This document shows positions 26,845 through 39,539 of a stretch of DNA of 64,000 nt, piece by piece. Position 1 is the stretch's first letter. Every line of letters begins with the position of its first letter. Source of the stretch: Octopus vulgaris (lineage: Eukaryota); assembly GCA_951406725.2 (NCBI GenBank), contig OX597831.1:40238001-40302000 (forward strand). The letters run 5' to 3'. Under the pieces are notes generated by a model. The model was not told the origin of the DNA. It made no database searches and saw nothing but the letters and a program-made list of their open reading frames with translations. The position numbers and the translations under genes are program-made.

Positions 26845-27639
26845 AGATAATGTGAACAACAAGAACAGTAATAGTAAAAAAAAATGAGTGAAAAAACATC
26901 AATGTTGAGCAAACACAATTATCGATAAATTTAGTTATTGAATAATATCGATCATTATTATATTTGTTGTTTTATTTTTATTTTTATTTTATTTTTATTT
27001 TTATTTTATTTTATTTTGTTTTTTTATTTTATTTTATTTCGTCTTCTTCTTATGCGATTCTGTGAATTCCGTTGCAAAAAATATGCTTGTACTAAATGCA
27101 CTGCTGTTGCATCAAGCGTGCACAAAAATACAACAGAGAATCGCTGTCTGATAATGATGCAACGATGCAGCAGATGATGCAAGTTGTGGTGGTGGTGGTG
27201 GTGATGCAGATGGTGCCAGACGGCGCAAACTTCTTTTTCTTGTTTTGTTGATAGATCCGACAACATAACTACGGTTCATATTTAACATACTGTGCTCAGA
27301 TCTGACATATTTTTACTTTTTATACATGCTATATCTAAACACGAAGACAACAAACGGAGTGGATAATGTATTATACTACTCGCTCCTGTATCGTAAGTTC
27401 GATTCCCCTCTGGGTATTCTGATGAGTTAATTCTCTTATGACTTTATTTCAAGAAATCTGTGGAGTTTTCTCACTAGAAATTCTTTTCATGTTTCGAGTT
27501 ACAGATGCGTGTAAGTTGGAAGCAGAGAGGGATAAATCATTTATAATATACTAATGGATATCACCGATCGTGAGAGCTCAAGTAAGTTAACTCTTTTTGC
27601 TGCTCGCATTCTTGGGTTATTAATATATTTATACAGTAA

Positions 27640-27850
27640 GGTGGCGAGCTGGCAGAACCGTTAGCACGCTGGGCAAAATGCTTAGCGGCATTTCGTCCGT
27701 CTTTACGATCTGAGTTCAAATTCCGCCAATGTCAACTTTGCCTTTCATCCTTTCGGGGTCGATAAATTATGTACCAATTGCATACTGCGGTCGATTTGAT
27801 TGACTTTCCCCCATTCCCCAAAATTTCAGGCTTGTGCCTGTTATAGAAAG
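27640..27850 (+). mobile_element. SINE family A
   Basis: GGCGAGCTGGCAGAACCGTTAGCACG..TGAGTTCAAATTCCGCC..CCTTTCATCCTTTCGGGGTCGATAAA. Confidence 0.85.
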
Positions 27851-28388
27851 GAATGTATTTATACAGCAGTTTTTTTCTTTTATAATTTCCAACTGGTATT
27901 AAAGACTGCAATGAGTCAATGACATTTCTTAGCTAGAGTCAAACAGTAACGTTTAGTCAGAGTCATTGATAATATGTAGTTAGAATCAATTATAATATTC
28001 AGTTAATGTCAATGACATCTTGGTACAGTCATTAGTAATATCTCCAGTTAATATTGGTTTCAAATTTTTGCACAAGGCCAGAAATTTCGGGGCAGGGAGC
28101 AAGTCAATATATCGACCTTAGTGTCCAACTAGTACTTATTTCATCAATCCCGAAACCATGAAAGGCAAAGTCAATTTCAGAGGAATTTGAACTCAGAACG
28201 TGAAATGCTGCCAAGCATTTTGCGCGGCGTGCTAACGATTCGGCCATCTCACCGTCTACTTTCTAGACTTAACATTGATTTTAGATTTTAACATACGGCT
28301 AGCAACTTCAAGGGAGGGGTTAAATCGATTACATCGACCCCTGAGCTCGACTAGTACTTATTTTATCGACTCCCAAAGAATAAAAAAG

Positions 28389-28700
28389 GTGGAGGCGCAA
28401 TGGCCCAGTGGTTAGGGCAGCGGACTCGCGGTCGGAGGATCGCAGTTTCGATTCCCAGACCGGGTGTTGTGTGTGTTTATTGAGCGAAAACGCCTAAAGC
28501 TCCACGAGGCTCCGGCAGGGGGTGGTGGCAACCCCTGTTGTACTATTTCGCTCTAACTTTCTCTCACTCTTTCTTCCTGTTTCTTGGGTAACGCTGCGAT
28601 GGACTGGCGTCTCGTCCAGCTGGTGGGAACACATACGCAAACAGAAACCGGGAAACCGGGCCCATGAACCTGGCTAGGCTTGAAAAGGGAGCATAAAAAA
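28389..28700 (+). mobile_element. SINE family C inserted into a minus-strand family A copy
   Basis: tRNA-like head GGAGGCGCAATGGCCCAGTGGTTAGG..GTTTCGATTCC and A-rich tail; family A sequence continues on both sides; GAATAAAA duplicated. Confidence 0.85.
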
Positions 28701-29149
28701 AAACAACGAATAAAATGCAAAGTCAATCCTGACAGAATTTGAACTCATAACGTAAGGCGAACGAAATACCGATAAGCATTTTGTCCGACGTGCTACCGAT
28801 TCTGCCAGGTCACTACCTTCTTTCTAGATTTAATGCCGTCTAGTTTAAGGCGGTGAGCTGGCTAAACCATTATCGTCTCGGAAATAGCAGTATTTCCTTC
28901 GATTTAATGATCTTAGTTCGAATTCCAATGGGGTCGGCTTTGCCTTTCATCCTTTTTACGATCGATAAATTAAGTACCTGTTGAGCACTAGGATCGAGTG
29001 CCACTTTCCGAAAAGACCTAGTCTTTTGCCAAAATTCGAAATCAATAACAACACTTAGCGTCCGTGTTAACATTTTAATGCTAGAACTTTCTTTATTCGA
29101 GTCATCAGAAATGTTTAGAGTTAATGTGAATTGTAAATTTAGTATAATA

Positions 29150-29565
29150 GTAGGAGTGGCTGTGTGGTAAATAGCTTGCTTACCAACCACATGGTTCCGG
29201 GTTCAGTCCCACGGCATGGCACCTTGGGCAAGTGTCTTCTACTATAGCCTCGGGCCAACCAAAGCCTTGTGAGTGGATTTGGTAGACGGAAACCGAAAGA
29301 AGCCCGTCGTATATATCTATGTATATGGGTGTATGTGTATATGTATATGTGTGTATGTGTGTGTTTGTCCCCCCCCCCCCAACATCGCTTGACAACCGAT
29401 ACTGGTGTGTTTACGACCCCGTCAGCTAGCGGTTCAGCAAAAGTGTCCGATAGAATAAGTACTAGGCTTACAAAAAATAAGTCCTGGGGTCGATTTGCTC
29501 GACTAAAGGCGGTGCTCCAGCATGGCCACAGTCAAATGACTGAAACAAGTAAAAGAGTAAAGAGA
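29150..29565 (+). mobile_element. SINE family B, full length
   Basis: GGAGTGGCTGTGTGGTAA..GGTTCAGTCCC head, internal (TG)/(TA) tract, TGACTGAAACAAGTAAAAGAG tail. Confidence 0.88.
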
Positions 29566-29614
<49 letters not shown>

Positions 29615-29828
29615 TATGTATGTAAATATTACTGGAAGATAAACACCGCTTCTTTTCTTTTTCTTTTTATGATGTTCTTATAGTACATATCTATAGAATT
29701 TTTAGCCAACAGTGTATGATGAGACGACGAACGCAAGCTCAGGGACAGAAAATCAACGAACAATTGTATATGCATATTTTAATACTGTTTGGAGTTCCAT
29801 TTTCAACTGTGCACCTTCGTTAACTATC

Positions 29829-29866
<38 letters not shown>

Positions 29867-30486
29867 ATCAATGATATTAGTAGTTAAGGTCAACTGGATA
29901 GAACAATTTGCGTATTTCACACCTTCATGTCTTAGCTCGAATATTTCATTACTTGTGTGTTAACTATGTTCCATGTCGCTGCTGTAATAACCTATAGAAC
30001 ATATTTATAGAATTATTTGTCAAGACTGTTGACCATTCTTCGGCATTTTCAGCTTAGGAAGTCTCAGACTATATCATCCAATATGTCCGACTTTTTCGTG
30101 TGTGTTACGACGGCGGGTTTTTTTTTTGGTGGGGTGCGGGTGATTTGGCTGCTATATTTATATTATGGCGCGCGAGCATATAACGACTCACTCAGGGATT
30201 TCTTTTTATATATGGTGTATGTATGCATTTATACATAGAAATACATTCATTCATGCATACATACATGCATACATGCACACATCCATCCATACGTACTTAC
30301 ATACATACAACTATATTTATATAAAGATAGACAGACATACATTCAGGCACACATGCACATATACATATACATGAAAACCTACATACTTACATACGTATAT
30401 ACATACATATATCTATATATCTTTCTGAATATATATATATATAGGTATATAATATATATATATAAATATATATTTTTACACACACA

Positions 30487-30533
<47 letters not shown>

Positions 30534-30722
30534 GTGCATACATACACATACATACATACATACATACACACATATATATATATATATGCATGTATATATG
30601 CATGTATATATCTTTCTGCATACACATATACATACATACAAATATATACATACATGCATACGCACATACATACATACATACATACACACATACACACATA
30701 CATACATACATACATACATACA

Positions 30723-30753
<31 letters not shown>

Positions 30754-31332
30754 CCATGTATGCGGATAACTTAAGCATGTTCTTGCGAGTATTTTTGTGT
30801 ATGCTGTTGTCTGTATGTCTCTATGTGACGGGATTGACAGATTTGCGAGGCAATGATGGGTGTGAAACGAAGAGCATTAGATAAAAAGCTTGAAACATGT
30901 CCACTGATAAGAACGAAACAATAAAATAAAAAAAACAAAGCAAAATAGATAAAAAAAAACATAAGGTAAAAGGAGAGAATGAAAGATAACTTGAAATGAC
31001 CAAAGAATCTCCTTAGAAATATGTTGGCATCTTGCAAATGGTAACAAGTTCTAATCAAAGAATGCGTAAAGTAGGTGACTGGAATAGTATGGAATGGTAT
31101 ATTGAATGAATAATGAAGGTGGAGAAGTATTCCTTAGAGGAATCATGCTGAAGTAATTACAGAGTGTGTGAAGTTATTGAGAAGGATGGGGGGGGGGAAG
31201 GAGAGAGGGATAGAGAAGAAGATAGAGAGAGAGAGAGTGTGTGTGTGTGAGAGAGAGAGATTGATAGAGTGCAAGATAGAAAATAGTGTGTGTGTGCGTG
31301 CGTGTGTGTGTGTGTATGTGTATGTATGTGTA

Positions 31333-31372
<40 letters not shown>

Positions 31373-31421
31373 AGAGACTGACATTTACAGAGTGAAAGAT
31401 AGGGAATAGTGTGTGTGTGTA

Positions 31422-31461
<40 letters not shown>

Positions 31462-31525
31462 GTGAAGAAAGAGAGAGAAAGCGCGAGAAAGAAAGAAATT
31501 GAGAGAATGATTTTAATAGAGTATA

Positions 31526-31560
<35 letters not shown>

Positions 31561-31719
31561 TGAATGAGGAAAAAAGGGAGAGAGATTGAGATAGAGAAGG
31601 TAAAGAAAGACAGAAATTGAGAAAGATGTTGGTAGACAGAGACAGACAGACAGACAGACAGACAGATTAACAGAGAGAACTTGACCGGTAAATAAATAGA
31701 CATAGGCAAATATATATCT

Positions 31720-31778
<59 letters not shown>

Positions 31779-31805
31779 TAGATAGATAGAGAGAGGGAGA
31801 GAGAG

Positions 31806-31836
<31 letters not shown>

Positions 31837-32314
31837 AAGAAAGAGAGAGAGTGAGAGAGAAGTGAGGAGATTTGCAGAAGGGTATTGATTGATTAAAACA
31901 GTTGTTAAATCGGTTCAAATCCCATTGAGATAAACTTGCCTTTCATTACTTCCGGGTTCTCCATTCTTTTGCTGTTATATGTCTTCGCTGCTGCTGCTGC
32001 TTTTAGCTCCGGGCCACTTTCTACCTTCTCAGCTCCTATCATCAAAGGTTCTTAAGCCGTTATTGTTCCGTCTCTTTGTGTACCATCGACTAAATGCTAA
32101 TATCTTTTATATTATTTATGGCTGTCGAATGTGGTTCACGTGAGATTTAGCTATTATTCTATTATTTCCAGCCAGTCGAGCGACCACTTAGAGGAACTCC
32201 TGTTGGTTCTTGCTGAGTACAACGGAACCTCGGTTTACGAAAGCCTCTCATCACGAGCAAATAAGTTTTTGAACAGTTTTTCAAACATATAACAACGTTT
32301 CGGATAACGAACGT

Positions 32315-33320
32315 CAGAGGTTGTCAAAAATTAATTGGTCAAAAATTAATTGCAATAATTACAATAAATTAATTAAATCAATTGCAATGATTTATTGCGA
32401 AGCTACATTTACTGCAATAATTTATTGCGAAGATTGCAATTAATTGCAATACAATTCCCTTTGTTCGAGACGTCTTTGGTAAAAATACAAAATCAAAAAG
32501 CCACTGAGCTGGGTGCAAATGAAAAAGAATCTGTTTTAACCTCAAAGCTGCCCAATACACCAGAACAAGAAACGGTTTTGGACGATGAATCGGACAACTT
32601 CGCTTGCAATGTCCTCAAAAAGCGTCTAAGCGAGGTGGATGCCAGCCAACCACGTTATATCAATACAGCATTCATTTTGCCATCGACTAACTTGGTTGAA
32701 AGGTTCGTCAGGGTAGCAGCGAATGCCTACGATGATACAAGACACCAATTATCACCCGTATATCTGGAGATGCAACTGTTTTTAAGAGTAAATGACCATC
32801 TTTGGGATAACGAATTTGTTTCACGTATGGTTTTAATCCAATCCCCTCATGTAAATTGTTAAATGCATACTCATTTTAATTGCTAATAGTATGAAACCGT
32901 CCTTTTCCCATTCATACGTTTTTTTTTCTGTCTTGATTGGGATGGTATGGGCCCTAAGGGGAACGCTGTAGACATGTTTTTCCATCTTAGGTCATATCAC
33001 ACATTGGTGGTCGATTTTGTCATTCTGGCAGGCGGCGTATGAATTTTTAGAAAATTGTGGGTGATCCAAATTGAGAAAGTAGAGCTTTCGTTAAAAATGT
33101 ACTGTTATTTTTGCAAAAAACAATGACACTTTTGGATGTGTAAAAATTTTACAAGGAGGTTTTCTGAGGAGCATTGCCAATTATTGCAATTAATTGCAAT
33201 TATTTATTGCGACGAAAGAAAAGTGCAATTAATTTATTGCAAAAAAAAAATTAATAAAATGCAATAAACTCATTGCAACGAAATAAATTTATTGCAAACT
33301 CTGCAATGCATTTTTGATAA
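32315..33320 (+). mobile_element. Deleted hAT-like element with a transposase dimerisation-domain remnant
   Basis: ILPSTNLVERF..A....R..LSP..LEMQLFLRVN..LW resembles the hAT C-terminal domain; ATTGCAAT subterminal repeat clusters at both ends; imperfect TTGTCAAAAA/TTTTTGATAA ends. Confidence 0.6.
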
Positions 33321-33665
33321 TGCCTCGAGTAACGAACACGCAAGTCAGGGGGCTTCTTTCAGTTTCCGTCTACCAAATTCACTCACGAGGCTTTGTTCGA
33401 CTCGAGGCTACAAAAGAAGACACTTGCTCAAAATGGCACTCAGTGGGACTGGACCCAGAACCGTGTGGTTGGGAAGCAAACTTCTTACCACACCGCCGCG
33501 CTTATCGTATGTATTACTGTTCTTCCTAATGAAAATATCATTGGTTGAGTTTGAAAAAATGAATTAAATACACGAATTGCAAAGAAGGATCACTTAAATT
33601 TATGCATAAAATCCTTTCAGTTGTTAAACGTTTAATATTTGTGCTGTAATAGTTAAAATAAAGAG

Positions 33666-34105
33666 GACGGCGAGCTGGCAGAAACGTTAGTTAGTACGCC
33701 GGACGAAATGCGTGGCTGTATTTCGTCTGCCGTTACGTTCTGAGTTCAAATTCCGTTGAGGTCGACTTTGCCCTTCATCCTTTCGGGGTCGATAAATTGA
33801 GTACCAGTTACGCACTGGGGTCGATATAATCAACTTAATCCGTTTGTCTGTCCTTGTTTTTCCTCTCTGTGATTAGCCCCTTGTGGGTAGTAAAGAAATA
33901 GGCATTTCATCTGCCGTTACGTTCTGAGTTCAAATTCCACCGAGGTCGACTTTGCCTTTCATCCTTTTGGGGTCGATTAAATAAGTACCAGTTACGCACT
34001 GGGGTCGATATAATCGACTTAACCCGTTTGTCTGTCCTTGTTTGTTCCCTCTGTGTGTAGCCCCTTGTGGACAATTAAGAAATAGGTATATCATCTGTCT
34101 TTACG
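33666..34105 (+). mobile_element. SINE family A, tandem dimer
   Basis: Body repeated at ~33720-33900 and ~33905-34085. Confidence 0.85.
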
Positions 34106-34109
34106 TTCC

Positions 34110-35718
34110 GAGGATTTCTCGGTTTTCTGTGAATCGATTTTGATAAAACTTTTCGCAGTTAGTTTGCACACTATGGCAACACCAATATTAATGCCGCTGG
34201 GGTCGACTTTGCCTTTCATCCTTTCGGGGCCGATTAAATAAGTACTAGCTATGCACTGGGGTCGATGTAATCGACTTAATCCCTTACCCAAATTTTAGGC
34301 CTTGTGCTTCCAATAGAAAGGATTATTCTGTGTAACGCCCTTTCTTTTATTTCAGATTCTTCAGTTTTTTAGTGAACCACGCTAATAGCTTCCGAATAAA
34401 AATGGCCCTAGACATTTTTTTTTTTTCGGAAAATAAAGGGTAATGATACATATTAAGCATACATTGAGTATATATTTAGCAGAAAACCATAATAATAATA
34501 TAACATTTATTGACATAATGAATTATTTAACCACATGTGCGCCATTTCGATGGATAACTTCAAAAACCCTATTAGTCATGGAATCTGTCAATTTCTTAAT
34601 AGTAGCAGGCTGGACTGCCTTTGCTGCAGATTTGATGGTCGCTCATGAAATATATTTCGATGTAAACTGGCGCCCATTGGCGAATACATCTTGTTAAATG
34701 ATGGACCAAAGACTTTCGATAGGGTTGAGATCCGGAGATGCTGGTAGTGACACCATCAACCTTTCACCTTATATGTCGTAAGACCCCTCGTTATGTTTGG
34801 GTGGTCCTAGCAGAGTGGGAGGGAGCGTTGTCATGCATGAATACTAGATTCCTTAGAAGTGGCAGCGGCATGTCAACTAGCCAGGGAGCCAAGACAGGAA
34901 ATTGCAGTAGGCGGCTGCGGTCATTTTAACCTCTTCAAGCACCCTGATTGGGCTAACAAGTATGTCCCTAATGACTCCAGCCCATAACATGACGCTCCCG
35001 CCCTGTTGTTGACATCGTAAACGTTGGTGGCACTCATCTCCAAAATAGACCCAAACATTTGCCCAACCGTCAGGTCCGTCAAGGGTCGCCCTGGTTTCGT
35101 CAGTGAACAGAACACAACTCATGTTTAACATCATGTACTTTTTAGCTCATTGAAGCCTCAAATTCCTGTGACGGGGCATTAAAGGAAGCAGTTTCTGGGG
35201 TTCTCGCACGGAAGCCATAATCCCGAGGATGCGATTTCTGGTGGTTTTCGGTACATGAGGAAGTCCTGGGGCGGTGAAAATGGCTTTACTTGTTTGTCCG
35301 GGTTTCCCACATAACTTGCGGCCAATATTCCTTAAATCCCTAGCTGCCACGGTCTTTGACATCCCATAATCGGATCGTTTCTTCCTTGGCGAAGGGTCCT
35401 TCAGGAATCGTCTAACCGTGTCCACATGACGACCTAACTTCTCTGCAATAACACGAAGAGAAGTGTCTTTAGCACTTCACTTCATGATGACACTCTTCTT
35501 CATCGTTAAGTTAAGGCCTTTTCCACGTCCCATTGTTCTTAGAGCGGAGAGACGCAATTAGAGTGGCTCACACCAAAATAAACAATCTAAAATAATAAAA
35601 AAAAGAACGTTACACAACAATGGAATTGGCATAGTGTACAAACCAGCTTCGAAAAATTTTATCAAAATCGATTCAAAGAAAAGCGAGAAATCCTAAGCTA
35701 TTTTCGTGGTCCTGGGTA
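34110..35718 (-). mobile_element. Decayed Tc1-like DD37E (TRT-type) transposon
   Basis: ORF from ATG 35533 (MGRGK) to ~34523; VLFTDETRATLDGPDGW, MHDNAPSH, SPDLNPIE; 112 nt (37 codons + 1) between D and E; ~70-bp inverted repeats at 34112-34183 and 35621-35692; SINE A fragment inserted at ~34195-34325. Confidence 0.85.
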
Positions 35719-36057
35719 TGTATATATATTATATATTATATGTATTATATATATATAATGAGAAACGAAAACATAAACACAAAACCAAGGAAATGGACAT
35801 TTTTCTTAAACAACGAAAAAATAGAGTACAGGACATAGAACACAAGGTAAATTCCCCTTCTTCAGTCGCCTCTGTTTCATCTACTCCGCGTTCCGAAGGT
35901 CATGGCGAGACACGTCTTCGGTGAAAATTCCTTCGCTTTTACTCCCTCTCCTCACTTAGCGGTCATTCAAATAGCTCTTTTGTCTTTATAGCGGTCAATC
36001 ACACAGTAATTTCCCTTCGTATAACGGTCATTTTTCATAGTATTTTTCCGATGGCCG

Positions 36058-36118
36058 GATAACCGAAGAGATGGCAGCGTGGATTTCCACCTCGGCATCC
36101 GAAACTCTGAGTTTTATC
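36058..36118 (+). ncRNA. Type I hammerhead ribozyme, U4C core variant
   Basis: GATAA-CCGAAGA-GATG..(GTGGA/TCCAC)..CATC-C-GAA-ACTC-T-GAGT-T-TTATC. Confidence 0.65.
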
Positions 36119-36327
36119 ATGGCTACCGAATAATTGTCACATATTACATTTACAGATAAATTCCTCTATTTACATTATATCGAGGTCTCTTACATTCTTT
36201 TGTTGTCTTATATATATATATGTGTATATAACGGGAAGCTTTATGAAAATAGACAAAAGACGAAGGCAGGTGGAAAACAAACAAACAATTGTATTAGTAT
36301 GGCGCTCAGGAAATATAAATAAAACAA

Positions 36328-36366
36328 GTTTTTAACGTTTCGAGCCTACGCTCTTCAACAGAAAGA
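36328..36366 (-). ncRNA. Minimal hammerhead, A6U variant
   Basis: Minus strand TCTTT-CTGTTGA-A-GAGC-GTAG-GCTC-GAA-ACGT-T-AAAAA; element 36228-36400 is homologous to 14018-14147. Confidence 0.6.
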
Positions 36367-36464
36367 TACAGAGAGAGAAAAAAAACACAGAAAGAAGGGA
36401 TACTTTGATAGGTTTCGGCCATTATTGGCCCAGGCCATGTCTAACTTAATAGCACCACCTGGTG

Positions 36465-36514
<50 letters not shown>

Positions 36515-36980
36515 GCATGAGTATCTTTTTGGCGTACAAAATATTTTAATCATTTAGAAATATTTTTAATTGAATGTGGTTTCGGAAAATGTAAGTTGTT
36601 TGTACAGTAAGTATTTATATTTTAGCTTTCTTTAAACAGACAATATTTTATTGTTTTTCTTTAATTATTTTCAATATTTACTTTTGTTTTAAAGTGAAAG
36701 AGAGGAGAAAGTGAAAGATGTATGTACGTGTGTATGATATGAACGTGCGTGAGTGAAAGAGAGAGAGAGGGAGAGAGAGGGAGAGAGAGAGAGAAAGAAA
36801 GAAAGAGAGAGGAAGAGAAAGAGAAAGAAAGAACGAAAGAGAGAGGAAAAGAAAGAGAGATAGAGAAAGATAGTGAGAAAGAGAGAGAGAGTGAGTGAGT
36901 GAAGGGGTGTATTGCCATGTATACGTACTTACATCAATACATATGCGTACATCTTTTATGTGCGTGTGTGTGTGTGTTGT

Positions 36981-37042
<62 letters not shown>

Positions 37043-37067
37043 CAGACCATCAGACAGACAAACAGGG

Positions 37068-37107
<40 letters not shown>

Positions 37108-37112
37108 TGATT

Positions 37113-37190
<78 letters not shown>

Positions 37191-37759
37191 CATAGGTCGA
37201 TAGATAGAATTTGATGAATGTAAGAGTCAAAATTAAGTAGTCCTTATCTCCGCATTGTTGCTAATACAGCTGTTGCTATTGTTGTTGTTGCAAATGTCAC
37301 TTGCATCATTAATGCAGTTATCAGCGGCCATTTTCATTAACGTGACCTCATTTCCTCTTGTCTCTGTTCTTGAATTTATCTCCGTCTTTCACCAGCGATA
37401 TATTCCTCATTAACTTCACCTAAGCACCAACCCACATCCGGCGCCCTCCCAACACCATCCCCACTTTAGCGCCGCCTCCTTTTCCTCCTCCGCCATCTTC
37501 GTTTCTATCAACGTTCCCAGCAGTTCTTTCGAAATAGCTTCGCAAAAGGAAAAACTTTAATGGCGTTTGTGATACGTGGTATGATAGGTCAGACGATTCA
37601 AGACTTGTCTTTATAACTCCCCGCCGCGACCACACAGACAAACAGGACGAGCGAGAGAGAGGGAGAAAGAGAGAAATAGTGAAAGAGAGAGAGAGAGGAG
37701 AGAGAGACGGAGGGAGAGAGAGAGAGAGGAGCACGTACACATATACTCACATACATAAT

Positions 37760-38205
37760 ATTGATTTCAAATGTTGGTAAAAGGCCAGTAATTTCGGGTG
37801 GGGGGAGTAGATTACATTGACCCTAGTGTTCAACTGGTACCTACTTTATCGATCCAGAAAGGACAAAAGTCAAAGTCGACTTTGGTGGAATTTGAACTCA
37901 GAACGTAAAGACGAAAGAAATGCCTCTAAGCATTTTGTCCGGCGTGCTAACGATTCTGCCAGCTCGCTGCCTTACTCATATAATATTCTTTTCTAATATA
38001 GGCACATGGTTTGAAATTTGGTGGGGGTGGGGGCTAGTTGATTACATCGAGCTCAGGGCTCAACTGATACTGTTTGTTTATCGACCCCCGAAAGGATGAA
38101 AGTCAAAGTCAACCTCGGCGGAATTTGAACTCAGAGCGCAAAGACGGACGAAATGCCGCTAAGCATTGTGCTCGGCGTGCTAACGATTCTGCCAGCTCAC
38201 CGTCT
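37760..38205 (-). mobile_element. Two adjacent SINE family A copies
   Basis: GGAATTTGAACTCAGA..GTGCTAACGATTCTGCCAGCTC occurs twice. Confidence 0.8.
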
Positions 38206-38499
38206 TACATACATAATATTAGAGCGTATCATTTCTGTCAGTAATGCGACTGCCAAACTTATCCAACGTGAACAATATTACGTACCTCAATTTTCATACG
38301 AATGTTTATTTGATTGTCCACTTACTCATACTGATAATCTACACTAGTAACTGAGTAACTGTTGTTTCTAGAAAAGCTAAGCTAAAGTTTCTTCAAATTA
38401 TTCTTTCTGCTACAATTCTATATTAACGCTTAATCTCTGTCTCCCTCTTTCATCCCCAGGCTTTCTATTTTTCCTGCTATTATATAATCTACTATGATA

Positions 38500-38912
38500 A
38501 TACATTATTTACATTTGACGGATATTTGTCCTCATCTAGTTTGTCTTTAACACGATGTTTCGGCTGATATACCCTCCAGCCTTCATCAGGTGTCTTGGGG
38601 AAATTTCGAACCTGAGTTCTCATTCCCAAGGTATTTTTCGATGTTGTTGTTGTTGTTATTCAGGTCATGGGGTTAGTAGCCCGCGCTCTTAACCACCACG
38701 CCATATGCCCGTGGGCAATTATGGAGTGAATTTTAGGGCTTTTTTTCTTGAATCACCGATAGTGCTTCACCAGTTGGGACTTTGGTGAACAGTCTTATCA
38801 CATCTAGACTCACCATCTGGTTGGATTCAGTGGGGGGTATCCTTGATCAATTCTGTGAAGTGGGTGGAATTCTTCACGTTCGATGTTGACTTTCCTGCTA
38901 ATGGACTGTATT
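38500..38912 (-). mobile_element. Internally deleted Penelope-like element: RT fragment fused to a pLTR with HHR
   Basis: Minus strand 38910-38740 reads SPLAGKSTSNVKNSTHFTELIKD..MVSLDV/LFTKVP..EALSVIQE (PLE RT motifs), followed by a tRNA-like half and a HHR. Confidence 0.8.
38549..38594 (-). ncRNA. Minimal type I hammerhead ribozyme in the PLE pLTR
   Basis: Minus strand GACAC-CTGATGA-A-GGCTG-GAGGGTATAT-CAGCC-GAA-ACAT-C-GTGTT. Confidence 0.78.
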
Positions 38913-39402
38913 ACTATAATAATACTCTTGTGTTTTCCTCTGTCACAACAAGTAAATGGAAAAGGAAGGGGTGAGAGATGAATAAGGAAGGAAGGAAGAG
39001 GTGATGACAAACTGGTAGTGGGATGATGGAAAGTCTACGGTGGAAAAAAAATCAAGCGGCGTTTCATCTCTGTATGAGTATATGCGTGTGTAAAAGGGAG
39101 GTATGTGAATGTTTATGTATGCAATGGAAGTGGGATGGTGAACATTCAACGCAGAAAAGAAAAATCAAACAGCGTTTCAACTATGTGAGTATATGTGTAT
39201 GTGTGTGCATGTACAAGGGAAGTATGTGAATGTTTGTTTGAACCAGCATCCTTTCAGTAACAAACGATGATCGATGTCACATCTCAAAAGACAACTGCTA
39301 GATAACATTGTCATGTGTATTAATTTGATTTATCATCCATATTCTATCTGTTTTATTAAAAATGATTATTACAGTATCACACACATCTACATAAACATAT
39401 AC

Positions 39403-39433
<31 letters not shown>

Positions 39434-39539
39434 TGTATGTATGTATGTATGTATGTATGTATGCATGTATGTATGTATGTATGTATGTACGTATGTATGT
39501 ATATGGTGACGAGCTGAAGCACCCGGTAAAAAATTACTG

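Noticed and set aside
27024-27266. His-rich ORF as a transcription factor exon
   Set aside because: The His run derives from a (GGT/GAT) microsatellite; no domain or splice support
27410-27470. CTGATGA..GAAA as a hammerhead
   Set aside because: No convincing stem I or stem III, and GAAA is not adjacent to stem II
28389-28465. tRNA-like sequences here and at 18923 and 29150
   Set aside because: They continue into repeated SINE bodies with tails and TSDs, so they are SINE heads and not tRNA genes
29073-29113. Minus-strand CATTT-CTGATGA..GAAA..AAATG
   Set aside because: No stem II pairing, so likely chance or too decayed to call
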